Positions 12,567-25,911 of a DNA stretch of 51,426 nucleotides are shown piece after piece. Source of the stretch: Trichosphaerium sp. ATCC 40318 (lineage: Eukaryota > Protista > Tubulinea); the NCBI GenBank assembly GCA_038496445.1, contig JALMLS010000187.1:1-51426 (forward strand), in the 5' to 3' direction. Positions within the stretch are counted from its first letter, which is position 1. Every line of letters begins with the position of its first letter. The notes under the pieces are model-generated. The model was given only the letters and a program-made list of their open reading frames with translations, ran no database searches and was not told the DNA's origin. The position numbers and the translations under genes were made by a program.

Positions 12567-15525
12567 ATGCCACATCTTGGCATAAGATCGCTGCCCGCAA
12601 CGTTAAATACGCCATGCGGTACTGATAATACGTTTGGGAAGAAACTGCAATTAGCAGACAAGTTTTCTTTCCCTCATAACCACAAACAGATATTATTCGC
12701 GTTTATGCATCTAACACATGCTGCTCAGCACGGTAAGGAGCTAATCTGTATTTAACGTCTAACATAATGTCATTTTATTAACAACGCGTCTAGCTCGCGG
12801 TGAGATATGCCTTGGAAGCGAAGTACGTCGATTAAACAATGAAAAAATAGCATTGGGCCTAAACAAAGCAGAACTTGTTAAAATCTGGTATTTCCTACTA
12901 GAATACGGACATCTAGCGGATATACACCCAGCAGAGGTATCAACAACATCTCTACAACTGTTAACTGAAAATTATACTTGACGAGTTCAAATGGTCTTTA
13001 TTATTAACTCACAGGTTAGCGGTTTGTTGTTTATAACCTTAAAAATAACCAGAAGTTACGTGAGACTTTCTTACAGCACTTTTCTCCTTCAGCGAGAAAG
13101 TTTGCAAAACCCATCATTGCTCAAGCAAATTGGTTCAAATTTCATATTGTTCTTGCCTACTGGCGTATAGAACGTCATTTCCCAGAGGGTTTAAAAGAGT
13201 TTGCATTACAAGCACTTGAAGAATACATGACTGTGTCACGTGGGAGCTATGAAGTGACAACAACGACGTCTTGTTTTACAGCGCTTCAAGGTTAGTTTCC
13301 ATCTGTTTTATTGCTTGTCTATTGTTCTCTATTTACTATTGTGTTCATTTATACGTTCTTAACAATCTATAGTATTCACTAAGCTTAGTAGACTACATCC
13401 AAAACTTGCTTATGCATCACCATTCCAAGTTGATGTTATGGCATTGCTGGAGCAAATGAGGTCTGTCTTTAATACCTTCTTTGTAGTTATCTTCAACAAA
13501 TATCTTATGCCTATTAGAGTAGAGACTGGTCTAATAGATAGATTACATACAAGCCTAGATTTGAGAGGATCAATGATTGACCACCTACATTCGTATTTCG
13601 TTGGTACTTGCTTTTTTTTTTTTTGGTTTTTTCTTTGAAGTCACAAAGGTGCTGACTGTGTTGTAATAGAATCAGTTTATATGACATCAGAGAATGCATT
13701 AAGGCATTGGAGTTTATTACAAGTTTTAAGAGATAAATTTTCTCTTACCCTAGAGAACTTTGAAGACACGATTGATTTACTTTTTTCAAAATCATTCATG
13801 GACGAAGCTTCTGCTCGTATGTCTAAAGTAAAGCATATTTACTCTCTTCCATATCGTTTTTCAGGGCGATCGCGTAATGAGGTAGGTATTTGAATCTATA
13901 TGCAACCTAACTTTACCAAAAAACACGTGCGAGGCTCATAGTCTTCTTTTTTTCTTCTTTTTTTCTTGTTTGAAACTTTAACATCTTGTTTAAGAAACAA
14001 GGTAATAGTGACGTTGGTGCATTTAGTGAGCTTCGTATATCACTTGGTAGTTATATATACACATTCTCCTGGCCGAATATATCAAAATCTTGTGAAATAT
14101 ACTTCTTCAAAGAGTCACATGGAGGTTTGTACTTTTTTTTTTATGCACAACACTCCGACTTTCAGCTAACAAAGGCATTAGGTCCTAATGCACGTAAGTT
14201 ATATAACTCTTTGAAACGGGTGGGACAGTCTTGGATGCAAGGAGGAGAATCATTGTATCAAGGATTAAAAACAGTATCAGAACGCTCTCCATCAGAAATA
14301 TCACGGCACTTACAGTTTCTTTTTTCTTAAAACGACTAACTGTTTTTACAGTATGATGGAGTCTTTAGCATCATATATTTTTGCTACTACTGTATCTGAT
14401 AATCTTGGTATTCGTGCACAGCTTCAAGAGGTACCTATATTTATCTTAAAAGACAAAGTACTAACACAAGTGATAGTCACAAGTTATGCCTTGGTCACTT
14501 TGCTATGGATTGGACGAAGTACTTAACTGCAATGGTTAAGCAATAGTTAATTGGTTCTTTTAGATACTACGCGCTATGGCTGACTTTATTTCAGCGTACA
14601 ACCAACTTGATATGGATAAAGGTATATTCTTAAACTCACTTTATGAGCAGAGATTGAGCGTTACTTTTATTTCTTGGTTTTTTTATTTGATGGTTTCTTT
14701 AGGTCATAAGGCTGAACCTATCGCTGCTATTAAAGGATTCATACAAGATGTAAATTACTCAACTATTGAAGAATCATTTTTCTTATTCCTTTGGGGAGGA
14801 ATGATAATATACTCGGATACAGCCCACAAACAAGTACTTTTTTTTACCATAACTTTGATCACTCCAATGTTCATAACGAACTCATTCATTCGCTTTGCTA
14901 CAATACTAAAGTATAAATAACCTTAAATAACAGATTGATGGGTTGTGGGTTATAATAGAAAGAACACAATATAGGGTATACATGATCGAAACTAAGACAT
15001 CTAAAATCCAACCTACAAAATGTCAAGAAATATTAAAAGGAAAATTAGTTTCTCTTAATGTTAAACAAGAACGTATTAATTCAGCAGAAGATATAATGAT
15101 CGGTAGTCTTGCAGGCGGTTATGTATTTACTGAGCCAAAGAGTAAGAAAAATGTAAAAAGAGATAAACAATAAAAAAGTAAGCTTGCATGTTGAGGTACA
15201 GTGAAGACTGGCTGTAATGACTGCAGCTGTTACTATGTATTGCTGAACATGTACTGTAATTTCTGCCAACTGCTTCACAGTGTGCTGTTAATCGAGCTTC
15301 CAAAGCTTGTGTTGTCTCAGCTTATAACAGGTGCTATTGGTGTTTCAATGGCATGTGATTACTGCTAGGTTTGTGCCATATTATGGATTTACTAGTAACT
15401 GTTGGCGGTGGTGTGATAGTAACTGTCGTCTGCATGGACCTGATTGGAAAAACCACAAAGAAATGTGTTTAATAACTCCAAAAGGAGACAGTAAAAAAGT
15501 GGTATTTATACAGTTTGTATTGTAA
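12567..15525 (+). CDS. Multi-exon hypothetical protein with C-terminal MYND-like zinc finger
   Basis: Chain of GT-AG-bounded exons starting MPHLGIRSLP. The 3' end encodes CNDC..WCDSNCRLHGPDWKNHKEMC. Terminal splicing is ambiguous and may be degenerate. Confidence 0.55.
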
Positions 15526-15589
15526 AACAGTAGTAACAAGGTAATGAAAGTTCTATAAACAACAACAGAGTTTGTGCGCTTGATGGCTG

Positions 15590-15860
15590 CACACCAATTC
15601 TCTCATTCTCCTAATCTTTTGTCATTTATTCTCTATCAATTACCATTTTCTTGCCAATATATGGCTGCGCCGTCATGTTTATTATCAATGTAGTTGCGTT
15701 TCATTGCCATTTCTATGCCACCACTTAAACTCCATGTCTTACGCCGTATTTCCAATACTCTTGACAAACAAGGTAATTGCTTCTTTTTTCCCATTAACAG
15801 GCTTTTCCAAGTATTTTTTGAAGGTTTCATTTGAATAGATCTAGTTTGTAGTTAAACATT
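15590..15860 (-). pseudogene. MORN-repeat gene relic
   Basis: Frameshifted pieces QEYWKYGVRHG / FKWWHRNG / NYIDNKHDGAAIYWQENGN* / INDKRLGE* parallel SQYWKNGLEDGEYKRWHDNG of the gene at 7740-8900. Confidence 0.65.
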
Positions 15861-15949
15861 GGTATTTGCCTTGAACCTTCGGTTAATATTTTACAAGCAA
15901 TTCTGTCTTTATTTGAGAAATGTTTACATGATACAAGCTGTAAGAAGCG

Positions 15950-18073
15950 TTATAACCCAGGGAAGGGATATGTAACACTTTCATTCCCAGATGTAGGTGG
16001 CAGGCTATTAGGTCCTGTATGTAGGGTAACATTGCAACCCAAAGGAATCTCTGGGTCATCAGAAACAAAAAAAGCACGAATGCCAAAAGTTGTTCCTAGT
16101 ATTGACACACATAAACCAAGAATACCAAAAGAAGCAGCAAATACTTTTAAATATGTCTTCCTTGCTATGATTTAAATAGTTAAAAAACCAATAAAAATAG
16201 CACGTGATAATGAATGTAGTTTGAAAAACTTACCTATTTTCCAAAGAAGCATAGCAGGAAAAATAAACATTATCATAACAGCCGCTGTAGAGCCTATAAT
16301 ATTGAATACTTGATCGATACCTATACAATCACGGTTTAATTAGATTATACTACTAATATGGACAATGTTACATACCTTTAACGAAAAATGAGAGGACAAC
16401 ACAAACGTTAAAGTAAACAAACGTCACAGCATAATATTGAAAGTTGGTAAACTTGTTTTTAAACAAAAGAGACTTTATAGCAAGTCTCGCTGTAAAGTTA
16501 ACCATAGGGAAAGAAAATGTAGAAACTAGAGCTAATAGAAATCTAGCTATATCAGACTGTATTGTAAACGCTAAAAAAAATATAAGAAAACCTGGTAAAG
16601 GCAGTGGAAGAAGAAAAAAATAAGAAAAAAAAACTCAGACATACCAAAGTCACGTATAACGTTTCCGTATGTGCAATCAGCAAATAGAACATACCCAGAT
16701 ATTCCAGCAGTTAAATATATACTTGTAATAAGAGCTAAACTACTCATTGAGATGATATCCATCTTACGTGTTGTAGGATCTCGAACTTCGGCGTAAATAG
16801 GAACATATAATACATGACATTGGAAAGCGAAAACAATTGATGGTATAGCAAGTGGAAAGCGTAACGAAGTATTTATAAAAAAATGCTCTTTGTATTCTAG
16901 TAATATAATAAGCGAGTATTCATAATAAAAACAGTCCAAAGAAAGCTGTGTCAGGCTGAAATGAAGGGGGAAAAAGGAAAAAAGTAAGAAAACAACGTAC
17001 TTAATCCAAATTCTCCTTTCGATGTGCTCTTAATGGAATTGTATACAACCAGAGCTATGATATATAATAATGAAGCTATAGTTATATAACTACAAGTTAC
17101 GTAAGCATTATGCATTATCTAAAGTAACTATGACGAGCTTGGTACCTTGTGAAACTCAAAAACTTTACTTGCTTTAACATTGTCAAAGGTAAAACCAAAG
17201 TGAGCGCGAAAATGGTGATAATAAGTTGCCTACTGGCAAAAACATTATCCTTTCCTATTAAGTACACTTAATACCGTTCAAAACATATCATATTATGAGT
17301 AAAACTTACCCCACCAGTGTTCAGCTAGAGGCTGAAAAGAGTCCTAAACCAAAATTTAGAAAAAAAAAACCAATAGACCTAGTTATCAGTATTATATGCT
17401 TATTACGTACTGCAATCACTACTAGATACACTACACATGCACCAAATAAATATATTATAAGTGTAGCTTCTGATATACGACCCCAAATCTGAACACACGT
17501 AAATTTTTGAAAAAACAAAAAAGTTGTTGTAATGTTCTTACTGGTCCCAGATTTGAGCGTATCATTGCTTGATACGTAGTAGCGTTCGTCTTCATTGCGC
17601 AAAACGTTAATATTTTAAGTCCTATGGCAGCTAGAGTGACGACAACCTTTGTATTGTATTAATATGGTGCAAAGTGGCCAGCACGTCAATAGTACGCGTG
17701 TGAGGATAAATAGAAGCGAGCTTTTGGAATTGCAGGTTGTGTATGCTAATTAGTTTAAAAGACAACGTACAAGCGTCATAATGATTCCAGACACCATACC
17801 AGTGGAATCAAAAGCACGAGGAAACGCTAGAACGCCAGCGCCCAAAGCAGCATTTGTCACATTTCCTATCGACGATATGTACCCTGCAGTTCGTTTTGGA
17901 GCTTCTGTTAGCGAATGTAAGCGATTTTAGATGATTTGACACGTCTTGATATACGTACCCTCATTCTTTACTAATTTAGTAGTTTCATCCACACTGTACT
18001 CACTTTGAGTATCATCTGGCGTACCATAACCGGCTACTTCTTGTATTGAAGTATACGAAGCGTGGTTGCTCAT
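15950..18073 (-). CDS. Amino-acid transporter, AAAP/SLC38 (Aa_trans) family, multi-exon
   Basis: SSIGNVTNAALGAGVLAFPRAF..G; AIPSIVFAFQCHVLYVPIYAEV; GISGYVLF; VFNIIGSTAAVMIMFIFPAMLLWK. Multiple TM segments. Confidence 0.92.
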
Positions 18074-18723
18074 TTGAGAAGCGTAACTTGAGTAGTAGTG
18101 CCAATTTAACCGCTGTTAGTGTATGTACACTTCGTCAATGTGAGTCTGCGCCAATTATCTAGCCATGTTTTCAATAGCGTCGTGGCGTGTCTGTACAACA
18201 TAGTTATGCTTAAATGCCGTTGTTTTAATAAATACATATTAAAAACCTCACAAAATACGCCCAACAGTACGCTTATCGCTTGATTAATTCGAATTGACAC
18301 TTATGGAGGTAATTACAATAAGCGTAATGTTTTTCACTGGCAACCGTATGAAAAAGTGGTAGCAAACCCTATAACGTACGCTACAGTAAGATAAAACGTA
18401 TTAAAATAACGGATCATATTAAAAGCGTTGATCTTCAAAAATATTACATCAAAGAAGACACAAGAGTTTTTAATATTGTTGCATCGAGTCTGAATTTAAA
18501 GTCTTGTGAGGATTGGTACTCTGTAGGGTGGAAAGAAGTATCAGATTTACATGGAGTATCAAGTATCTTGACTTTACGGTACGACATAGTACGCAAATCA
18601 CGTGACAAACGAAATACTTTTTTCTTTTTTTTTTCGTGATTACTGAGTGTCATCTTTGACTCTGTATTTTAGTTATAACGGATCTTTATCACAAGCCCTT
18701 CGTACTGTATATTCTAAATATAA

Positions 18724-20873
18724 ATGGCGTGTATGGCGATTCAAGTAGGTTAATTTTAAGAGTGGTATAATTCAGTAATGTCTTCCCACTTAGGGCTGTT
18801 CCGGATTTTTTTTGGAATGATATAGAACATCAACGTGCTCTGTTTGAAGATTGTGCTGAGTTTGCTGAAATTAAGGAGCTGGACGGATGGTATACTATAG
18901 GATGGGATCAAGTTACAGCATTAGGTGGTAGCGGTGTAAGAACGCGGTACGCAGCTGTGCAAATAAGTAAGCACACGGAAAGAAAATATTATAATTTTAT
19001 ATATAACTTAACGATTGCTTTGTAGGTACACATCTATAGGCAACGCACTTCGAACTTTATATCCAAATCATAACTGGATAAGCTGGAAATTCTAGTACGT
19101 TATTATGACCACTTTTCCAAAGTAGACGCGTCTAATCACCAACAATTATAGTACTGTTGCCAAATTTTATTGGCATAAAAGTGAACATAAGTTTCGACGT
19201 GTGGAAGCCATAGCTAAACACTTGGGCATTAAAACTTTTGATGGGTGGTACGACATTGCAAAAGAAGATATGATAGATACTAAAGGACGCGGTATAATGG
19301 CCAAGTAAGCCCTTATTTTGTATCGTTTGTTGAACTCTTTTTTTTTTAACGGTGTTGTTTTAACTCAATTTACTAGATATGGTAACTCAGTTTTTGCACT
19401 TGTTAAGGCTCTTTATGGACAATATTATGAATGGATACCCTGGAAGTTTTTGTACGTTACAGAATATAAATGTTCGAACCTCACAGTCAAACAGAAAGCC
19501 TCCTCAAGGTTACTGGAACAGCTTAGCAAACCAACGTAGTAAATTCGATGCAATTGGCTGTAAAATGGATATTAAATGTATGAGCGATTGGTATAGGATA
19601 TCGCTTCTTGCTGCCTCAGAATTGGGTGGTATTATTTCATCTAGGCACGTGAACATTATCATGTTAAATCGCTTTGTAGGCCAACTTCAACCAAAAAAAG
19701 TCTTGAGTACTTCTTCTTGACAAAGTACTAATTTATATCATCTAGATACGGTACACTTTCTAGGGCAGTAAGAGCGGTTTACCCTAATTACGCATGGGAC
19801 GATCGCCTATTTTTACATGGGTATGTTTGACTCGAGTCTAGCTTGTTTTTCTTACACGGTCTTGATGCTACCTTTTTTGACTTTTTTTTTCAGTCGAAAA
19901 AATGCCGACCTATTGCCGCTGGTAAATCCAAGAGGCCATTGGAAAATAGAAGCGAATGTGAAAAAGTTTATGAAGGTTATGGAAGATAAACTTAACATAA
20001 CCACTCCTGAAGGATGGTACAAAAACAATCATTTCCACTTCGCAGTTTTTTCATAACTCTCGTAGGTATCGCGTTTCAAAGAGCCAAATTATTCAAGCAC
20101 GTGGTTCTGGATTTATTCCTTATATGAGCTCTGCATTAAAAGATATGTATCCAAAAGTACAATGGTATTGGGGGAGACATACTGTAGCAACTACCAAACG
20201 TTCAGTGCAAACGTAAGTTTTGGACTGAGAACAAAAATTGTGTAACCTTTTTAGGTATTTAAAGTACTGTGTTGGTGCTCTGTTTCCAAACCAAATTATC
20301 GAAGAAGAGCATTCTATTTGTATAACTGACTCAATTGGGAAGCCTGTTACAGTGGATATATTTATACCAGAGCACAACTTGGCTATCGAATACCAAGGTA
20401 CTGAAAACAAACATTGAAACAAAAAAAACCTTCTCACTTCTTCAAAGGAGAACATCATTATCACGACCTTTATCGACATGCTGCACCAACAACAGTCTTT
20501 GAAATGCGTGATGCCAACAAATTAGAATATTGCAAACAAGCAGGTAAGCACCTCAATCCGGACGTCATTTGTTTCTTACAAATAAACTTTAAGGTATTTC
20601 TTTGGTTCCGATTCCATACTGGTGGGAACCTGGTGACATTGATAGTCTTGCTGCTACAATCCTACACTACAAGAATGTACCTATTGACTATAAACCAATA
20701 CGTTCTCCTCTTTTGTTTCGCCCAGAGGATAAAAGACTCCCAACAAGAGAAATATTAATTTTAGAAGGTGACTATAACTTTTTTGGTAATTTTGACTCTT
20801 TTTAGACAATGTACGAGATGCAATGATGACGCCTATAACACGACACTGTGAGAAATTATTGATTGGAACATAG
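18724..20873 (+). CDS. Tandem ~65-70 aa repeat protein with C-terminal PD-(D/E)xK-like (Vsr/DUF559/RAP-type) domain
   Basis: Four units of (F/Y/H)W.....R..F..I...L.I....(D/G)WY.I.......G..Y.....A....YP...W..WKF, then VDIFIPEHNLAIEYQGEHHY..RDANKLEYCKQAGISLVPIPYWW. Confidence 0.8.
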
Positions 20874-21980
20874 TACGCTTTTTTCTTAAAGGAGAGTGAG
20901 TGAGGCTATTTAAGAACTTCCGGAAGAAGAAACAACATTTTTTAAGCTATTTCGAATAAATTTTTTGTACATTATTCTTTTTTTTTTTTTGAATCAGTGC
21001 CTTTGCAAGAGCACTAACACATTGTTGCGAAATCCTTCCTCCTAACAAACTGAGTGAAAAGTATTGTGGCTTTTTTTGTTTTTTCTTTAAACCAATCCAA
21101 ATCTGTTTGTCACGCGTAGAATAATGTCATTGAGACGTTTAAAACTTGTTTTGTTTAAATCTAAAATCGAAGAGGTAAAAACCGGTTTTGGAAGTTGGTC
21201 ACAACTTACATAGCAACACTCTTGTAAGATTATTTAGAAGCATTTCAACGTCCAGGAAAAGAAAAAGTTGAAAGATGTATGTGATCTGAATGAGGTTACA
21301 TTTTACTTATTTGTCAGCTTTGTTACCCGCAAAATCGTTGTGCGCTAGTTGTGAGTCAAGTTCTTGTTTTGGTTTGGTTTTTATTTGGACGGCAGACAAC
21401 TTCTATAATACCCTAAGGGTCTTTCGGCATGAATTAGTACAAGTTAGCGGTCGGGTAGTTTTTCCGGTTAAGGTTAAAAATTATGAGATTCTGAGCACGG
21501 AAAAATGATTTTTAGAGCGTAATTCAACTATTCCACGCAACGTTTACGGTTTTGGAGAAAAGCGGTTAAGATCGAAAAAAGATTTGAACTTCCGCTTTAG
21601 TAAAACAGCTCAACGATAGATCAATACGCACAGTATCGCTTTAAAAACAGTATCTATAAGCTAAAAACATGATTTAATTTACAATTCGTTACCATCTCAC
21701 CTGCAACTGAAAATCAATGATAAACAAGCTAACACCAATGCAAGTATGCCCGGACAAACACCAAAACAATCGTAGTTTCCGTAAAAAGAATTTAACCTAA
21801 CCTGCGCAGTTTTGAGGCATTTGTTCACGTTTTAAGTTTAAAAAGACCACAAGCGTATCAGTCATTGTTTAATCTAAAGATAGAGCTAAATCTACACTCC
21901 TTATTTTCTAAACTTGACGAGAATTTCAACTTTTTTTATTAATTCCACCACCACAGCTAAAGCACCTGCTTAACTACGAT

Positions 21981-24900
21981 ATGAACGCTTTAACGCTTCT
22001 TGTTATAGTGCTTTGTACTATTACAGTATACTCCCAGACTAGTACGTTTCTTTCTGAATGATTTTGGTACTTTTTTTTTTTTTTTTTGGTCCGTACACGC
22101 TTCTTGAGTATTGCCGCACTGCAAACTAGCGTTCGGATATGCTTTGAAAAAGAATAGCTGCAGTAGAAATTATTTGTACTCTTTTTCCGAAAACACAAGT
22201 AGTTGCACCGACTGCATGCTAAAGAGCATTCCACGGCCCTATTATTCCCACCAGATGTAAGCTCGGTTGTTGCTCATTTTTTTGTTTTTAGTTACCGTAG
22301 CCGATAGAGATAATGACTGGCCTGCATTAATCGATGATTGGGCCTCTATTCCTCTGACTAGACTCGCACCTTATGGTTCAAGACCTCAAAGAAACGCCAA
22401 TCTTTTTTCTAGCTCTAGAATACTCGGTAATGATACAGTAATACACATGGACGAAGTGATGTACGTCAAAATTAAACACCGTTACAGCTTTATCTTAATC
22501 TTGTTCTTAAGATATGTCATTGGTTCAGGACCTACCAGTCAGACTGTCATGAGTATTACACCAGCTCTCTTCTCATTGAACGGAAATAAAAACGGCCCGG
22601 CTATTCTTATGTCTCATATTGCCGATACAACAACAGTTTTTGACATTCCTGGAGCAGATGCTTTATTAGGCCGTGTAAATCAACTTGTGGCCTTTTCCAC
22701 TTCCTTTCCAACATATACTTCTGCTATTCAAACCGAATCACATGATGGATACTTTTTATTTGGAGTTCCTGGTAGAGTACGTTGTACCTTTTTTTTTGTG
22801 ACACGTGCTTACTGTTTCTTGTAGCAAGATTTCGCTTTCTCTACAATAACAGCTGGAAATCCGCCTATTAGGAAAAAAACAGAACTACCAGTAGACGGAA
22901 GACTACTTTCCCACTTCCGTAACTTTCAACACAACCAAGCAGTACGTCTGATTTTTTTGAGTATCAAATGCTGATGCCACTAAACCAATAACGGTTATTT
23001 ATATTTCTTTTAGGATGGCTGTGCTGTTCTTGTAGTTGGTGATCCTTTTGCGGCAGAGCAATTTATCGTCCGTGCATTCCGTCTAAAAGCAACCGATGAT
23101 GTCACTCTCTTGTATGAGTTCTCTTTAAACACTTTAAGAAATGGGAATGAAACTGGCATCACAGATAGATTTGGAGGTTTCAATTGTGAACGTGTTAATG
23201 GTGGCTATGTGATTTCAATCAACTACAACAGAGTTGAAGGAAGGTGTGTAAAAACCTTTGCTTTTGTAGCACCAATTTTTCCCTAGAATCGTGTATGTTC
23301 CTGATGATCAACCTTTCCAATTGATGCACGTTATTGACGAACCAGTAGGAGATCTCGTAATGTGTACGCAAATTACCACTTAATAATACCATTGTAAAGT
23401 CAAAATACTTATCTTTTAAACACTAGATGATACAGACTCTGTTGCAACATCAAAGGGTGTCGTTTTCTTCACAGAAGATTTCGTTTTAGTTAGTGGCTTA
23501 TTCATCAAAACTACTCGTTTCAGAGCTTACTTCGCTCCATTGGGAGGAGACCCAATACGCATTGTTGATAGAGAACATAAACAATTTACCCAAGATAAGG
23601 ACTCAATTGTAGGAGCTGATCTTGGTTCAACTTCTATTGGAGGTACTTTTCCTTGAATCAAGATTTATGTCTTTTTGAGTCAAATTGTACTCTTTTTAAT
23701 TCTTAATTTTAATTCACTGAATTGCGTAGCAATCAGCCTTTTTTTTTCATCCGATTTGAAGCGAAAACAGTTTAAACTAAATCAATTTGTTAGATGTTGT
23801 ATACTTCTGCCTTGGAGAAACAGCTTCGTTCCAATGCTACTCTTATGATACAGCTGCTGCTCCTGCAGAAGCAACAACTATTTTAGATAATACAAACCCT
23901 GCTATTAAGGTACTTATGGACGGATACGAGTTATCTTCATGGTACATTAATGGTGTCACAGTAAGCACAAAAAAAACCCCTAAAATTGTTTACAAGTTAC
24001 TAATTTTAACAATAGGCTTCACCTGTTAGCGATAAAATATTCGTTCTTGCCTCCAGACAAGAAAGCCTTATTGTTCCTACAACAGTCTCTCCGACAGCAC
24101 CTCCTACAACAGCAGCTCCAACAGGCCCTCCAACGACAGCAGCTCCAACAGCCTCTCCGTCAACAGCCGCTCCAACAACGCTTCCTCCAACCACAGCTCC
24201 TCCAACCACATTACCTCCTACAACAGCCGCTCCAACAACAGTTCCTCCAACCACAGCTCCAACCACGGCTCCTCCAACCACAGTTCCTCCAACCACAGCT
24301 CCTCCAACAACAGTTCCTCCAACAACAGCCACTCCAACAACGCTGTCTCCAACAACGCTTCCTCCAACAACAGCTCCTCCAACAACTACCCCTCCAACCA
24401 CAGAAGCTCCAACAGCCCCTCCAACAACATTACCTCCAACAACAGCTGCTCCAACCGCTCCTCCAACAACAGAAGCTCCAACGGCTCCTCCAACGACAGC
24501 AGCTCCAACACGCCCAGCCTTTTCATCATCAATGTTCCTTTTAACCATTGATGTGAAAACACTTGACGTTGTATTTACTGATCTTGGTCCTGGACGTGGT
24601 GATTGTCCTCAGTGTGATCGTTTACACTATGATAAAAAGCAAGATATCCTTTTAGTCGGACATTCACAGGCAGCAGAAGGATGGACATTATCGTAAGTAA
24701 CCCAAAAAACAACCGATCAAATACAAAAAAATATTTATTGATTAACTTGTATTCAGTGCGTTTACACCACCCCTTTTCGATACAGAAATAGAGATTAGAA
24801 GATCACAGAAACTACAAGCTTTTGCTCTATCTTGGAATTTTGACGATTACGATAGAACAGGAGTGATAATATGGGAAGAACGATTTAATTTAGGCGGTTT

Positions 24901-25237
24901 TTTCGCCTACGAATTACGTCGTACATCCGGCATTACCTTTATTCCTCCACCAAGTACTCCTACAGAAGCCCCAACAGCTTCAGAAGCCCCAACAGCTCCA
25001 GAAGCCCCAATAGCTCCAGTAGCGCCACTAGCTCCAGTAGCTCCAGTAGCTCCAGCAGCTCCTACAGCTCCAGTAGCAGCAAGCAATACAACAGTACCTC
25101 CAACAGCAAGCATTACTGGTAATACTACAGCTCCAGTACCTCCAACTGTTGCTACTGGTAGTACTTCTGGTGCTTCTTCTATGCAAGTATTATACTCTTT
25201 TGTAGCTATCGTAATGTATCTCTTTGCTTTGCTGTAA
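21981..25237 (+). CDS. Cell-surface glycoprotein A: signal peptide, Pro/Thr-rich repeats, probable GPI signal
   Basis: Signal MNALTLLVIVLCTITVYSQ, multi-exon globular region, (PTTAP)-type array, APxAP tail, and C-terminal hydrophobic VLYSFVAIVMYLFALL*. Confidence 0.8.
24073..24515 (+). repeat. Coding minisatellite, 12-15 bp units (PPTT[AVL])
   Basis: Repeated CCTCCAACAACAGCT-like units. Confidence 0.9.
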
Positions 25238-25269
25238 AGAAAAAAGCACAACGTCAGCAGTGAACCAAA

Positions 25270-25511
25270 CAATGAAAACTGTATTAATACCACTTTTTTA
25301 CTGTCTCCTTTGGGTCACGAAGAGTACACCTGTTATAAGCTGAGACAATACAAGCTTTGGAAGCTCGATTAACAGCACAATGTGAAGCAGTTATCAGAAA
25401 GTTACATTTCTTTGTGGTTTTCCACTCAACTCCATGAGACAACAGTTCCTCTCACACTACCGCCAACAGTTACTAGTAGATCCATAATATGGCACAAACC
25501 TGGCAGTGATT
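25270..25511 (-). repeat. Inverted, segment-permuted copy of 15256-15523
   Basis: The reverse complement contains blocks B-A-C of the A-B-C arrangement at 15256-15523. Confidence 0.85.
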
Positions 25512-25911
25512 GAAAAAAAGTACAAGTGAGATTCTTGCGTTTGTGTGAGCTAAGATACACTTAATCATAATCTCTACGCGTGGACAATACTATGAAAGCA
25601 ATTAGAACAGTTTTGCAAGAGTTTGGAGACAGAATAAAGTGGCAAGTTTTTGAGCTTTGATACGCGTCATTAGTGCTGTTTGTAGATGATAGAAAAATTG
25701 TGGATAGTTTTTTTTGTACATTTTCTGATGTTATCGGAAATTTATTTTAGTTCAATGTTTGTTTTCACTCATTTATTAGTCGCAAAGGACCAACACTGTA
25801 CCTAAACAGTTGTTGAGCGACTGAAAAATATTATCCATTTTTGGAATGTTCCGAAAACAAAGCCTTGACTTAAGGTTTGTGAACTTATTTTGTTTAAAAA
25901 ATAGCTCTAAA

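Noticed and set aside
24006-24548. Poly-Q/L ORF 24047-24544 and V/G-rich antisense ORFs (also 24907-25293, 28001-28334, 31769-32032, 32345-32665)
   Set aside because: Alternative-frame shadows of the Pro/Thr coding repeats.
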